Of a DNA stretch of 61,805 bases, positions 37,900-47,243 are shown in pieces. Source of the DNA: Minisyncoccia bacterium (GTDB lineage Bacteria > Patescibacteriota > Minisyncoccia > Phycocordibacterales > UBA9973); assembly GCA_049317285.1 (NCBI GenBank), contig JBMOIO010000001.1, positions 86,388-148,192 on the forward strand, in the 5' to 3' direction. The position numbers were made by a program, and so were the translations under genes. The first letter of the stretch is position 1. Each line of letters opens with the position of its first letter. A model generated the notes under the pieces. It was not told the origin of the DNA. It saw only the letters and a program-made list of their open reading frames with translations, and ran no database searches.

Positions 37900-39180
37900 C
37901 TACAAGTCAGTGATGAGAGACTCGAGTGGTGCCGTTTTGGTCGAGGGGCCGACAAGGGAAAATCGTACACGCTTTGGCTTGAAAATATCCTTTGCGACCC
38001 GCCTGATATCTTCAGGGGTCACCGCACGATATTCTTTGGTGATCATTTCAGGAGTTCTGATTTTTCCAGTCAACAACAGCTGGCTTGCGAGAAAACCAGC
38101 AACCATATCAGTCGCCTCAAGGCCCATACCGAGCATACCAATACTAAACTCCCGTGCCTTTGAAAGCTCAGCGTTTGAGACAAGTGCCGTTTTTCGCTCT
38201 TTGAGGACGCGAGTGATAGCGCGGAGAACTTCGCTGACACGCTTTGTGTCCACTCCAGCGGTGATAACAAACTCGCCGTGCGTACTGTGCGGATCCTGCT
38301 CTGCACGAACATAGTACGCAACTCCCATCTCTTCGCGAAGCAAATGAAAAAGTTGTGAACTCATCCCGCCACCGAGAATTGTCGCGAGAAGCGAAACCGC
38401 AGCCCCGTCTTTGTGCCCCAGTGGCACAGAAGGAAATCCAATAGCAATATGGGTCTGATCAATCGGCTTTGCTGTTGCTCTCACACTTTGTGTGCGGGTA
38501 CTTGCGCGCACCGGTGCATAGACACCCTTGTCCCCTTTTGGAAAAGAAGTGAATGTTTTTTTGATTGCGTCGAGAACCATACTCTCATCAAATGCGCCGA
38601 CAACTGCAACAACAGTATTGCGTGCCGTATAGTGCGCGGCTTTATAGCGGACAATGTCTGTGCGAGTAAATGCTCGCACAGACTCTTTAGTGCCGATCAC
38701 TCCTCGCCCTGCCGGCGTGTCGCCGTACAAAAGCGCTGCAAGAGACTCCATCACTTTTGCAGCCGGCATATCTTCGTACATATTAATCTCTTCGATAATC
38801 ACCCCCTTCTCTTTTTCTATTTCCTCGCTTGGAATCGTTGCGTTGATGACAATATCCCCCACCATTTCAATAAGTGTTGCACTATGGCGCGGGTTGCTCT
38901 TGGCATAGTAGCCGGTGTATTCGTCAGAGGTAAATGCATTGGTAATAGCGCCGATCTGCTCAAACTCCTCATTGATTTGCTTCGCGCTGGGACGAGTCGG
39001 TGTTCCCTTAAAGCACACATGCTCGAGAAAATGCGAGAGACCGTTTTGTCGCTTTGTTTCCTTATTTGAGCCGGTACCCACCAATGTGAGCATAGTGACG
39101 GTCACCGCGTCTTTTTGCGGGACCAGTACAATGCGCAAGCCGTTTTGTAGGGTTTTGTTTAGAATCTTCATGTCCCCCAT
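37900..39180 (-). CDS. M16-family zinc peptidase (insulinase/pitrilysin-like)
   Basis: Inverted zinc motif HFLEH (GLSHFLEHVCFKGT). The start is the ATG at 39180 or 39171, because the track start at 39216 is a TTG. Confidence 0.88.
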   Translation of the reverse strand: MGDMKILNKTLQNGLRIVLVPQKDAVTVTMLTLVGTGSNKETKRQNGLSHFLEHVCFKGTPTRPSAKQINEEFEQIGAITNAFTSDEYTGYYAKSNPRHSATLIEMVGDIVINATIPSEEIEKEKGVIIEEINMYEDMPAAKVMESLAALLYGDTPAGRGVIGTKESVRAFTRTDIVRYKAAHYTARNTVVAVVGAFDESMVLDAIKKTFTSFPKGDKGVYAPVRASTRTQSVRATAKPIDQTHIAIGFPSVPLGHKDGAAVSLLATILGGGMSSQLFHLLREEMGVAYYVRAEQDPHSTHGEFVITAGVDTKRVSEVLRAITRVLKERKTALVSNAELSKAREFSIGMLGMGLEATDMVAGFLASQLLLTGKIRTPEMITKEYRAVTPEDIRRVAKDIFKPKRVRFSLVGPSTKTAPLESLITDL

Positions 39181-39396
39181 TAAACCCTTTCGGCGCAAAA
39201 TACACAACTCTTGCAAAATAAAAGCTCAAAGTGGTATGGTAAAAGAAAAAATAATGGAAGCAGTAATTGTCGTATTAGTGTTCGCAATCCTTGTACCATG
39301 CTGTTTTACAGTCAAAAAAGGAAGAGAATTATTTTATTCTGAAAAAAATAGCCCTCAAGCACAAAAAGGTCCCGCATAATGCGAGGCCTTTTTTTA

Positions 39397-40812
39397 TTAG
39401 TGAAGACTCTTTTTCAAAAACTCGCTGAGTTCGGAAATAGTCTTTCGCTCTTGCGCCCCAGTGTCTCGATGACGAATAGTCACCGTGTCCTTAAGTTCTT
39501 CTCCTTCTTGCCCAAGCGTTTCAAAATCAATGACCACGCAAAACGGTGTCCCAATCTCATCCTGACGTCGGTAACGTTTTCCAATGTTGCCGTTGTCGTC
39601 AAACTCACACATATAGTCTTTTCGAAGCATCATGAATACTTCTTTTGCTTTCTCGACAAGCTCAGGTTTGTTCTTAAGAAGTGGGAATACAGCACATTTG
39701 ATAGGAGCAAGTTTTGGATGAAGTGCCAAATACATTCGAGTATCTTCCCCTTCTCCTTCTTCTCGATAGGCATTGTCGAGAAACATCAGGAAATGTCGAG
39801 CAAGCCCAGCTGATGTTTCTACGATATGAGGAATAAATCGCTCTTTTGTTTCTTCATCAAAATAATCAAGCGATACACCTGAGAACTTTGAGTGTTGAGA
39901 AAGATCCCAGTCTCCCCGAGCATGAATTCCTTCTACTTCTTTGAATCCTTCGAGACTTTCAAAATTGTATTCGACATCGTATGCATCACTTGCGTAGTGA
40001 GCAAGCTTTTCGTGTTTGAACCATCTCAGCTTCTCTTTTGGAATACCAAGCGCCAGGTACCACATGAGGCGGGCGTCTTGCCACATCACAAAGTGCTTTT
40101 GCGTATCTTCTTTCTTATGAAAATATTGCATTTCCATTTGTTCAAACTCACGAGTTCGGAAGATGAATTGCCGTGCATTGATTTCGTTTCGAAACGCCTT
40201 CCCAACCTGTGCAATCCCAAATGGTAACTTAACCCGAAGTGAGTCGAGTGTATTTTTGTATTCCAAATATATTCCTCCACATGTCTCTGGTCGCAAATAT
40301 ACACTATTCTCTTCATCAAGGACATCCACTGGTGAGCCCAGATTAGATTTGACCATCATAGAGAAAACGCGTGCCTCAGTGAGTGTTGCTTTTCCACAGT
40401 TAGGACATACAAGCTTTTTTTGTTCCCGAAGTGTATCAAGCTCAGTGTTAATAAATTCGATACTTGCTTTGTCTGCACTTATACCAAAATCTTCGAGTAT
40501 ATGATCTGCACGAAAACGCGCCTTACAATTTTTACAATCTACCTGAGGATCGTTAAATCCATCAACGTGACCTGACGCTTTCCACGTTGTTGGATGCATA
40601 AAGATAGCACTATCGAGCGCGACCACATCGTCTCGTATTTGTATCATAGACTTCATCCATTCATTTCGTATATTCTCTTTCAGGAGCATTCCGTAATGCC
40701 CGTAGTCATAAATCCCTGCCATTCCTCCATAAATCTCTGACGAAGGAAAGACAAACCCCCTGCGTTTGCACAGACTGATAAGTTGTTCCATTGTAGTGTT
40801 TTGCTCGGTCAT
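39397..40812 (-). CDS. glyQS: glycyl-tRNA synthetase (homodimeric GlyQS type)
   Basis: 471 aa: LCKRRGFVFPSSEIYGGMAGIYDYGHYG..., class II motifs, and an anticodon-binding C-terminus. Confidence 0.95.
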   Translation of the reverse strand: MTEQNTTMEQLISLCKRRGFVFPSSEIYGGMAGIYDYGHYGMLLKENIRNEWMKSMIQIRDDVVALDSAIFMHPTTWKASGHVDGFNDPQVDCKNCKARFRADHILEDFGISADKASIEFINTELDTLREQKKLVCPNCGKATLTEARVFSMMVKSNLGSPVDVLDEENSVYLRPETCGGIYLEYKNTLDSLRVKLPFGIAQVGKAFRNEINARQFIFRTREFEQMEMQYFHKKEDTQKHFVMWQDARLMWYLALGIPKEKLRWFKHEKLAHYASDAYDVEYNFESLEGFKEVEGIHARGDWDLSQHSKFSGVSLDYFDEETKERFIPHIVETSAGLARHFLMFLDNAYREEGEGEDTRMYLALHPKLAPIKCAVFPLLKNKPELVEKAKEVFMMLRKDYMCEFDDNGNIGKRYRRQDEIGTPFCVVIDFETLGQEGEELKDTVTIRHRDTGAQERKTISELSEFLKKSLH

Positions 40813-40824
40813 ATATATGTACGG

Positions 40825-42711
40825 CTATGGTAGCACTTTCTCCTTCCCGGGGCTATAGGCCGGGTCTGCGTCGAGGCGGGTAGAAAGATCAGGCAAAGTT
40901 CGAGTGAGCGGCACATTGGCAACTGTATCGGTGGCTGTCACGACAGTCGGCTCAAGGAGCGGAAGCTCAAGTCCAATCTGCTCAGTGGTTGGGCGAACTT
41001 TCACTTGGAAAGAAACACTGCGAGACTGAGGAGTGCTTGTTGCGCGCGGCACCACGCCCACATCCCACGAAACAGTGCGTGTTTCCGGGTTGTACACTAT
41101 CGGCTCTGCCTGCGGACTCACCACACCGCTCCATACAGCAGTAAGCGGAAGTACGGCAGATGCACGATAAGAAGAAAGTGCATTTTCGCTCGGGCGCGCA
41201 GTCCAGGTAATAGTGTAGGTTGTTTCTTGATTTGCCTTTGGAGGAAACGGCCCGGTATTTTTAATAAGGCCGACTGAATAAAATGACTGAACAGCAAACT
41301 GCAGGTGCGATGCGTAGCGCACTGTTGCTTCATCAATGTTTGCAATGCTTTGCTCAGCGTATCCGCGCTCCGGGAATGTTCCCTTGATTGAAAGCGCAAG
41401 CGTTGCATCATTGGCGGCACGCGCGGAAAGCGTATTGAAAGTAAATGAAAGCTGCCCTGTTTGCCCCGGCTCAAGGACGCTTAATACTGCGTTTGATTGT
41501 GCATTCCAGGTAATAGTTCGAGCAAGTGGGTCAAAATACCCGCTGTCAGCGCGAATAGAATTTGCGTCAATACTCTCACCCGCGAGCGCGAGAGTAAATG
41601 TTGGGTCAGTGATGCGCTCGCCTGAGGTATTGGTCCATGAGACAGTCCCATTAACCGAGCCGCCGATAGGAACAGCCACTACATCGGTTCCTTCGCCGTT
41701 GATAAACAGCTCGCTTGCAATAAAGGGCTCTGAAAGAGTCATGGAGTGAAGCGCTGAATTGTACACAACGGCAATACGATTGTCGGAGATACTCTCAGGT
41801 GTTCCAACATACACTCGAAATGCCTTCTCATCCCCCTCTTCACCAATCAGTTTTCCTTTAATGCTAATCGTTTGCTCAGCGCCTTTTTGCAGGTCGCCCA
41901 AAGTCCACACATTATTTCCTGAAATCGGAGCAGGAACCGAAGACTGGTAGACGAAGCCGTTTGGATACTCAACACGAGCAAGAACATTTGAAAGCAGGTT
42001 GTCTCCAGTAAAGAGGTTGCGAAGCGTGAGAGTAAACGGCTGGTTTGAAGCAAGGGCTACCGGCGCGTCGAGCGTGAGCGCAAGCGGGCTTGAGCTTATT
42101 TTTACTGAAAAGACTTTTTCCTTTTGGAAGGTAGAGCTTGAACCTGCGAGCGTATATGAGAGTCGGGCTGTGATAGTGCGGTCTGTCCCCTGCTCGCCAT
42201 ACAAAACAACAGAGAATTCTTCACTCTTTGTCTTGCCGCTTGGGATTGTTCCTAATACCTTTTGAATGCGGACAACATCGCTTCCTGCTACATCGGTTGC
42301 ACCTTTTGGATAATCGAGCGTAAGTGTTGCATTCACCAAATCGCTTGAATTTTTGTTCACAATCTCCACCTGTATCGGGAGCTCTTCTCCGCCAGCAACA
42401 AACGAGCTTCCGAGCACATTGAGGTCGACATTTTTTGCAGAAAGGGTCAATGCTCCGCGATACACTGAAAACGCGAGCACTGCAAACGCTACGAGAAAAA
42501 AGAGAAAGGAAAATATGAAAAATCGCTTATATCCGGAAATGCTCGTGCGTTTGATTGGTTTATCGTGCTCAAGCTCGGTCTCGCCCCACGTAGACGCAAC
42601 ATTGTGCTTCAGCGGGCGCAAGATACCGAACTTTCGTTTTGGAACGCTTTCAGGGTCGCGCGCATAGAGGCGCTTTTGCAGTTCGGCAATATGATCTATC
42701 TGGTCGGACAT
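40825..42711 (-). CDS. large membrane-anchored hypothetical protein with repeated beta-sandwich-like modules
   Basis: 628 aa with a cytoplasmic N-terminal tail, one TM helix (FFIFSFLFFLVAFAVLAFSV) and a long extracellular region. Confidence 0.65.
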   Translation of the reverse strand: MSDQIDHIAELQKRLYARDPESVPKRKFGILRPLKHNVASTWGETELEHDKPIKRTSISGYKRFFIFSFLFFLVAFAVLAFSVYRGALTLSAKNVDLNVLGSSFVAGGEELPIQVEIVNKNSSDLVNATLTLDYPKGATDVAGSDVVRIQKVLGTIPSGKTKSEEFSVVLYGEQGTDRTITARLSYTLAGSSSTFQKEKVFSVKISSSPLALTLDAPVALASNQPFTLTLRNLFTGDNLLSNVLARVEYPNGFVYQSSVPAPISGNNVWTLGDLQKGAEQTISIKGKLIGEEGDEKAFRVYVGTPESISDNRIAVVYNSALHSMTLSEPFIASELFINGEGTDVVAVPIGGSVNGTVSWTNTSGERITDPTFTLALAGESIDANSIRADSGYFDPLARTITWNAQSNAVLSVLEPGQTGQLSFTFNTLSARAANDATLALSIKGTFPERGYAEQSIANIDEATVRYASHLQFAVQSFYSVGLIKNTGPFPPKANQETTYTITWTARPSENALSSYRASAVLPLTAVWSGVVSPQAEPIVYNPETRTVSWDVGVVPRATSTPQSRSVSFQVKVRPTTEQIGLELPLLEPTVVTATDTVANVPLTRTLPDLSTRLDADPAYSPGKEKVLP

Positions 42712-42727
42712 TGTCTACAGTATACCA

Positions 42728-43303
42728 CTACAAATGGCTTTGCTCGATTGCAGTTTTCACACTTTCCATCATCTTGGCGTGCTGTGCTGTTGTCACGGAT
42801 GCATAGGCTTCGCGAAGCGGGAGTGTAAACAACAGTTCATCAGCCTCAGCTACTGCAATGTATCCAAGGTGCGCGAATACTCGCCACAATGAGAGTGCAT
42901 CAAATAGTTTTGCATCATACCCGCCCTCTTGCAGCATTTCGGCAGACACCAGCACATGCTCATAGAGCTCCTCGTGCACTCCTTCATCCACCAAAAACCG
43001 GGCAAGCGCCGAGAGCGTGCGCACATACGCGCGGGCCATTGATTCGCGCATGCGCTCTTCAAGCGGATTTTTAACCACTTTCGCGCTAATCAGCCGCCAC
43101 ACTTCCCGCCCCTTTACCAAGTCCACCCGAATAATCGAGTAGTCACTACTGTGCGACGCAAGCTTGGCGCCCGGCTTGCGCACGCCTTGCATAGCAGCAA
43201 CCACCAAACCGAAGTCGCGCGTAAAGAGCCACAGGCGCTTGTTCGCTTCACCATGAATAGTGCTCTTAAGTACGATCGCTTCGGTATGGTGGATGGTGTG
43301 CAT
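42728..43303 (-). CDS. recO: DNA repair protein RecO (short form)
   Basis: 191 aa: HTEAIVLKSTIHGEANKRLWLFTRDFGLVVAAMQGVRK..., an OB-fold N-terminus. Confidence 0.75.
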   Translation of the reverse strand: MHTIHHTEAIVLKSTIHGEANKRLWLFTRDFGLVVAAMQGVRKPGAKLASHSSDYSIIRVDLVKGREVWRLISAKVVKNPLEERMRESMARAYVRTLSALARFLVDEGVHEELYEHVLVSAEMLQEGGYDAKLFDALSLWRVFAHLGYIAVAEADELLFTLPLREAYASVTTAQHAKMMESVKTAIEQSHL

Positions 43304-43304
43304 G

Positions 43305-46300
43305 CTACTGCAAGCTTATCGCTTCAACAGCTGAAACAATAATTTCTTTTGCTCCCACTGTCTTTTTCATTTCATCAGAAAACAGTTCAACAATATTTTT
43401 GTACTGCTCAGGAAGAGTGAGAGTAATTACATCGTTGGGCAACAAGTTCTTTTCTTTACGAAGGTCTTGTACGGTTCGAACAAGCTCTCGATATTCCCCT
43501 TCAAGCTTCAATTCTTCTGTCATCGTCACATCAAGCTCGGGTTCTCCTACAAGTTCAGGGTCTTCAACAATCCCCTTCACATTTAGCTCATCCATAATGA
43601 TTTGCAGATATTCTTGTTTGAGTTCGAGATTTTTCACGCGAAGCGAGAGAAGTGGTTGACGTACCGGTATCATCACTTTTTTACGAAGTGCGTTTCCTGC
43701 AGTACACAGTGCCCGAACTTTCTCCATAGATTCAAGTACAGGCGTGTCCCGCAGAGCTTCTTCAGAAGCGGCGTGGGGCCACGTAGACAAATGCACACTT
43801 TCCTCATCATTAGTATTCTTCAATTTCTGCCACATATCTTCAGCAGCAAATGGTGCAAACGGTGCAATTACTTTGGTCAGCGTTTTTAGTACCGTATAGA
43901 GTGTCGCTTTCGCTTGTATGTCTCCATCCTTAATACGGTCTCGGCTTCGGCGAAGGTACCATGTGCTCAAGTCGTCCATAAAGTCGCGAAGCGCTCGCAC
44001 TGGTTCAAAGGTTTTGTACGCATCAAGGCTTTCGGTTGTCAGAGCGATGAACTGATTAAGGCGCGAGAGTATCCATGCGTCGAGCACATTGTCGCTCACA
44101 GTGTCAGTGCTTTCAACTGCTGTATCGCGATAGAGCTCATAAAACGAAAGCACGTTGTACAAGAGCCCGAACACTTGGCGCTGAAGTTCCACCACTGTTT
44201 TCTCGTCGTAGTTTTTTGAATCCCCTGGTTGATTGACCGAGTACATCCACAAGCGCAATGTATCCACGCCATACTTCGCTATCTGCTCCCATGGGTCGAC
44301 AATGTTGCCGATTGATTTGGACATTTTCTTTCCGCTCGCGTCGAGCAAGTGCCCAAGACAAATCACATTCTTGTACGCATTTCCTCGCCCCATGAGTACT
44401 CCAATCGCGTGAAGCGTGTAGAACCATCCGCGGGTTTGATCGATAGCTTCTGAAATAAAGTCGGCAGGAAAGCCAGTGCTTTCAACATACGCTTTGTTTT
44501 CAAACGGATAGTGGTGTTGCGCAAACGGCATGGCGCCTGAGTCAAACCACACATCCATCACTTCTTTGATACGGCGGTATTCTTTTCCGTCTTGCACCAA
44601 GACCACGTCGTCAATATACGGGCGATGCAGATCAAGCTCGTAGCGTTCGTTGTGCGGAAGCGGTACAAAGTCGACATGGCGGATTTCCGCATTGGCAAAG
44701 TTTACATAATCGCGCGTCGTCTCAAAAAGCTTATCAAACGAAATACCTCGTCCGTGCAGCTCAAGCGCACGAGTCACCGCACCATGCGAAATGATGAGAA
44801 TAGTTTTTCCCTGATATTTTTCTTCTATGTCATAGATAAATGCACCAGCGCGCTCTACCACTTCTACATAGGATTCTCCCCCCTCTGCTTTAAAGTTGTA
44901 TCGGTCGTCGCTACTATTTCGAACAGTGAAAAAGTCGTTGAGCGGTTTCCCGTCATAGTCGCCCCCCACTTTCCATTCGGCAAGGCGCGGGTCAGTAACA
45001 ATGGAGTCTTCCGCCATGCCAAGTGCACGCGCCATTTCCTGCGCTGTTTCAAGCGTGCGCAAAAATGGCGACGCAATAATCATGTCGATTGTTGCACCAT
45101 TTAAGCCCCTGAACGCATCAGCCACTTGCTGCACCCCAGCAGGAGTCATTGGGTCGCCGTCTTGGTTTCCATAATTCCACAACCCCTTGAGGTTGTGCTC
45201 GGTCTGGCCATGGCGCATGACAAGATACTTGTTGCCAGACTTTTTAGTGAGATTCTTCAGTGTTGCAATAGAGTCAACAATGATTCGTTGATTGTCGTCT
45301 GCCACCCATACCGGAAGCGGTGTGCCCCAGTATCGCTCGCGGGAAATCGCCCAGTCTTTAATGTTGCGAAGCCACTCCCCAAAACGCCCCTCTTTGATAT
45401 GTGAAGGCTCCCAATTGATATGTTCGTTTTGCGCGACGAGTTCTTCCCTCATGCGCTCCATGCCGATATACCATGAGTCGCGAGCATAATAGATAAGTGC
45501 AGTCTTGCAGCGCCAACAGTGCGGATAGGAGTGTTCGTACTTTTCTTTTTTAAAGAGAAGTCCGCGATGCGCCAAATCTTTTATGATATCAATAGCAACG
45601 TCTTCGTCTTTGACAAACCTTCCTTCAAAAGATCCTGTTCCTTTTACAAAGCGCCCGTCGACGCCCACAGTGTGAAATTTCGGCAAGCCCACTTTTGTGC
45701 CCAATTCAAAGTCGTCTGCTCCGTACATGACGGCGGTGTGCACAATGCCGGTACCGTCAGTGGTGGTGACAAAGTCAGCTGCATACACTTTGTATGCGTT
45801 GGGTAATTTTTCCGACTCCGCCAAAGCTCCGCCGGACACGTCCTTTTTATTCAAAAGCTCTGTGATGTACGGATACAAGGGTTCGTATTCAAGGCCGACA
45901 AGATCAGAGCCCCTTACTTCTTTTATGATTTCGTATTCCCCTTCTATTAAACTGAGACGTTCTTTTGCAAGAATAACTGTTTCAGTATTTTGCTTAACAA
46001 AAACATAGTCAATATCTGCACCAACTGCGAGTGCGACATTTCCTGGCAATGTCCACGGCGTTGTAGTCCACGCAAGAATAAAGGTATTCTCTTCGCCTTT
46101 TACTTTGAACTTTGCATACACGCTCAAATCCTTCACATCTAAATATCCTTGCGCAAGCTCGTGCGAAGCAAGCGATGTGCCACAACGCGCGCACCACGGA
46201 ATGATTTTGTAGTCTTTGTACAACAATCCTTTTTGCTCAACAGTGCCGACAATGTTCCACAATGATTCAATATATGAATTATTGAAGGTGTAATACGCAC

Positions 46301-46742
46301 CTTTTTTATCAACCCAGTACCCGATGCGGTCGGTAAAATCTTCCCAATCTTTGATGTGAGTAAACACACTATCTTTGCATTCTTTGTTAAATGCGGCGAT
46401 ACCAAAGTTTTCAATATCTTTCTTTGAAGTGAAGCCGAGCTTTTTTTCTATCTGAAGCTCAACCGGAAGCCCGTGCGTGTCCCACCCAGCGCGGCGCGGT
46501 ACATGGTAGCCCTGCATTGTTTTGTAGCGCGGGATGACGTCTTTAAATGCGCGTGCTTCGAGGTGATGGAGGGCCGGCTTTGCGTTCGCTGTAGGCGGGC
46601 CTTCGAAAAACACAAACTCACCTTTTGGCGCATCTTTCGACAAAGTCTTTTCAAAAATATTGTTTTCGCGCCAAAATGCCAAAACAGCCTCTTCACGAAG
46701 CGCTGCTAGTGATTTTTGGTTGTTGGATTCTAGATTTGACAT
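43305..46742 (-). CDS. ileS: isoleucyl-tRNA synthetase (type 2-like) carrying an inserted histidine-phosphatase domain
   Basis: 1145 aa: PPTANAKPALHH..., the editing-domain motif WTTTPWTLPGN, WAISRERYWGTPLPVW, DVWFDSGAMPF and KKMSKS. Residues about 505-700 form a PGAM/His-phosphatase-like insert (LVMRHGQTEHN...SPFLRTLETA...LAEW...IISHG). Confidence 0.95.
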   Translation of the reverse strand: MSNLESNNQKSLAALREEAVLAFWRENNIFEKTLSKDAPKGEFVFFEGPPTANAKPALHHLEARAFKDVIPRYKTMQGYHVPRRAGWDTHGLPVELQIEKKLGFTSKKDIENFGIAAFNKECKDSVFTHIKDWEDFTDRIGYWVDKKGAYYTFNNSYIESLWNIVGTVEQKGLLYKDYKIIPWCARCGTSLASHELAQGYLDVKDLSVYAKFKVKGEENTFILAWTTTPWTLPGNVALAVGADIDYVFVKQNTETVILAKERLSLIEGEYEIIKEVRGSDLVGLEYEPLYPYITELLNKKDVSGGALAESEKLPNAYKVYAADFVTTTDGTGIVHTAVMYGADDFELGTKVGLPKFHTVGVDGRFVKGTGSFEGRFVKDEDVAIDIIKDLAHRGLLFKKEKYEHSYPHCWRCKTALIYYARDSWYIGMERMREELVAQNEHINWEPSHIKEGRFGEWLRNIKDWAISRERYWGTPLPVWVADDNQRIIVDSIATLKNLTKKSGNKYLVMRHGQTEHNLKGLWNYGNQDGDPMTPAGVQQVADAFRGLNGATIDMIIASPFLRTLETAQEMARALGMAEDSIVTDPRLAEWKVGGDYDGKPLNDFFTVRNSSDDRYNFKAEGGESYVEVVERAGAFIYDIEEKYQGKTILIISHGAVTRALELHGRGISFDKLFETTRDYVNFANAEIRHVDFVPLPHNERYELDLHRPYIDDVVLVQDGKEYRRIKEVMDVWFDSGAMPFAQHHYPFENKAYVESTGFPADFISEAIDQTRGWFYTLHAIGVLMGRGNAYKNVICLGHLLDASGKKMSKSIGNIVDPWEQIAKYGVDTLRLWMYSVNQPGDSKNYDEKTVVELQRQVFGLLYNVLSFYELYRDTAVESTDTVSDNVLDAWILSRLNQFIALTTESLDAYKTFEPVRALRDFMDDLSTWYLRRSRDRIKDGDIQAKATLYTVLKTLTKVIAPFAPFAAEDMWQKLKNTNDEESVHLSTWPHAASEEALRDTPVLESMEKVRALCTAGNALRKKVMIPVRQPLLSLRVKNLELKQEYLQIIMDELNVKGIVEDPELVGEPELDVTMTEELKLEGEYRELVRTVQDLRKEKNLLPNDVITLTLPEQYKNIVELFSDEMKKTVGAKEIIVSAVEAISLQ

Positions 46743-46780
46743 AGTAGGATTTTAATATAAAATAGAGAAAATTTATAATT

Positions 46781-46975
46781 ATGGATAAGAAAAAAGAAAT
46801 TGAAAAAATGTCTCCGGTAGATGCATACAACAAAGCAGTTGATGATTGTGCCCAAAGTGCTGATATTAAATGCGTTGGCGATCCCGCAACAATGGGTTAT
46901 CAAAATGCTTCACCAAGAGACATTAAGTTTTTTGATGTAGATACTGAGACAATTTTGAAAAACAAAATCAATTAA
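46781..46975 (+). CDS. small hypothetical ORF (64 aa), doubtful
   Basis: It lies antisense within the roughly 230-nt spacer between the T-box terminator and the ileS start. No homology was recognised, and it may be spurious. Confidence 0.3.
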   Translation: MDKKKEIEKMSPVDAYNKAVDDCAQSADIKCVGDPATMGYQNASPRDIKFFDVDTETILKNKIN

Positions 46976-47165
46976 AAACCCGCCCACAGAAATAATCGTT
47001 TAGATTATTTCCAAGGGCGGGATTTTTTTATTCCGCGGTACCACCTTAGTTTGATCTCATTACTGCTATAACGGGCATACCCGCCGGGGTCTAAGTCCCG
47101 CATAGTCCGAAGGACGGCGTGGGATTCTTCCCGAAGCTCAGGGGTGATAGCCCCGTCAATGCTTA
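46974..47165 (-). promoter_or_regulatory. T-box riboswitch leader with an Ile (AUC) specifier, upstream of ileS
   Basis: Minus-strand RNA features:
- A GGGG-CUAUCA-CCCC hairpin with AUC+A in the loop (47141-47154).
- An F-box-like CCGUUA.
- The T-box core AAGGUGGUACCGCGG (47033-47047).
- An antiterminator UAAGG[UGGUACC]GCGG...CCGC-CCUUG.
- A competing terminator CCCGCCC...GGGCGGG+UUUUU (46974-47021).
- An extended -10 element TGcTATAAT at 47173-47181. Confidence 0.75.
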
Positions 47166-47243
47166 TACTTACATTATAGCACATAATACCTTTTTAGACG
47201 AGAGTGATATATCAAGATTTTTCGCCTATTGGAGGGGTCAGAA

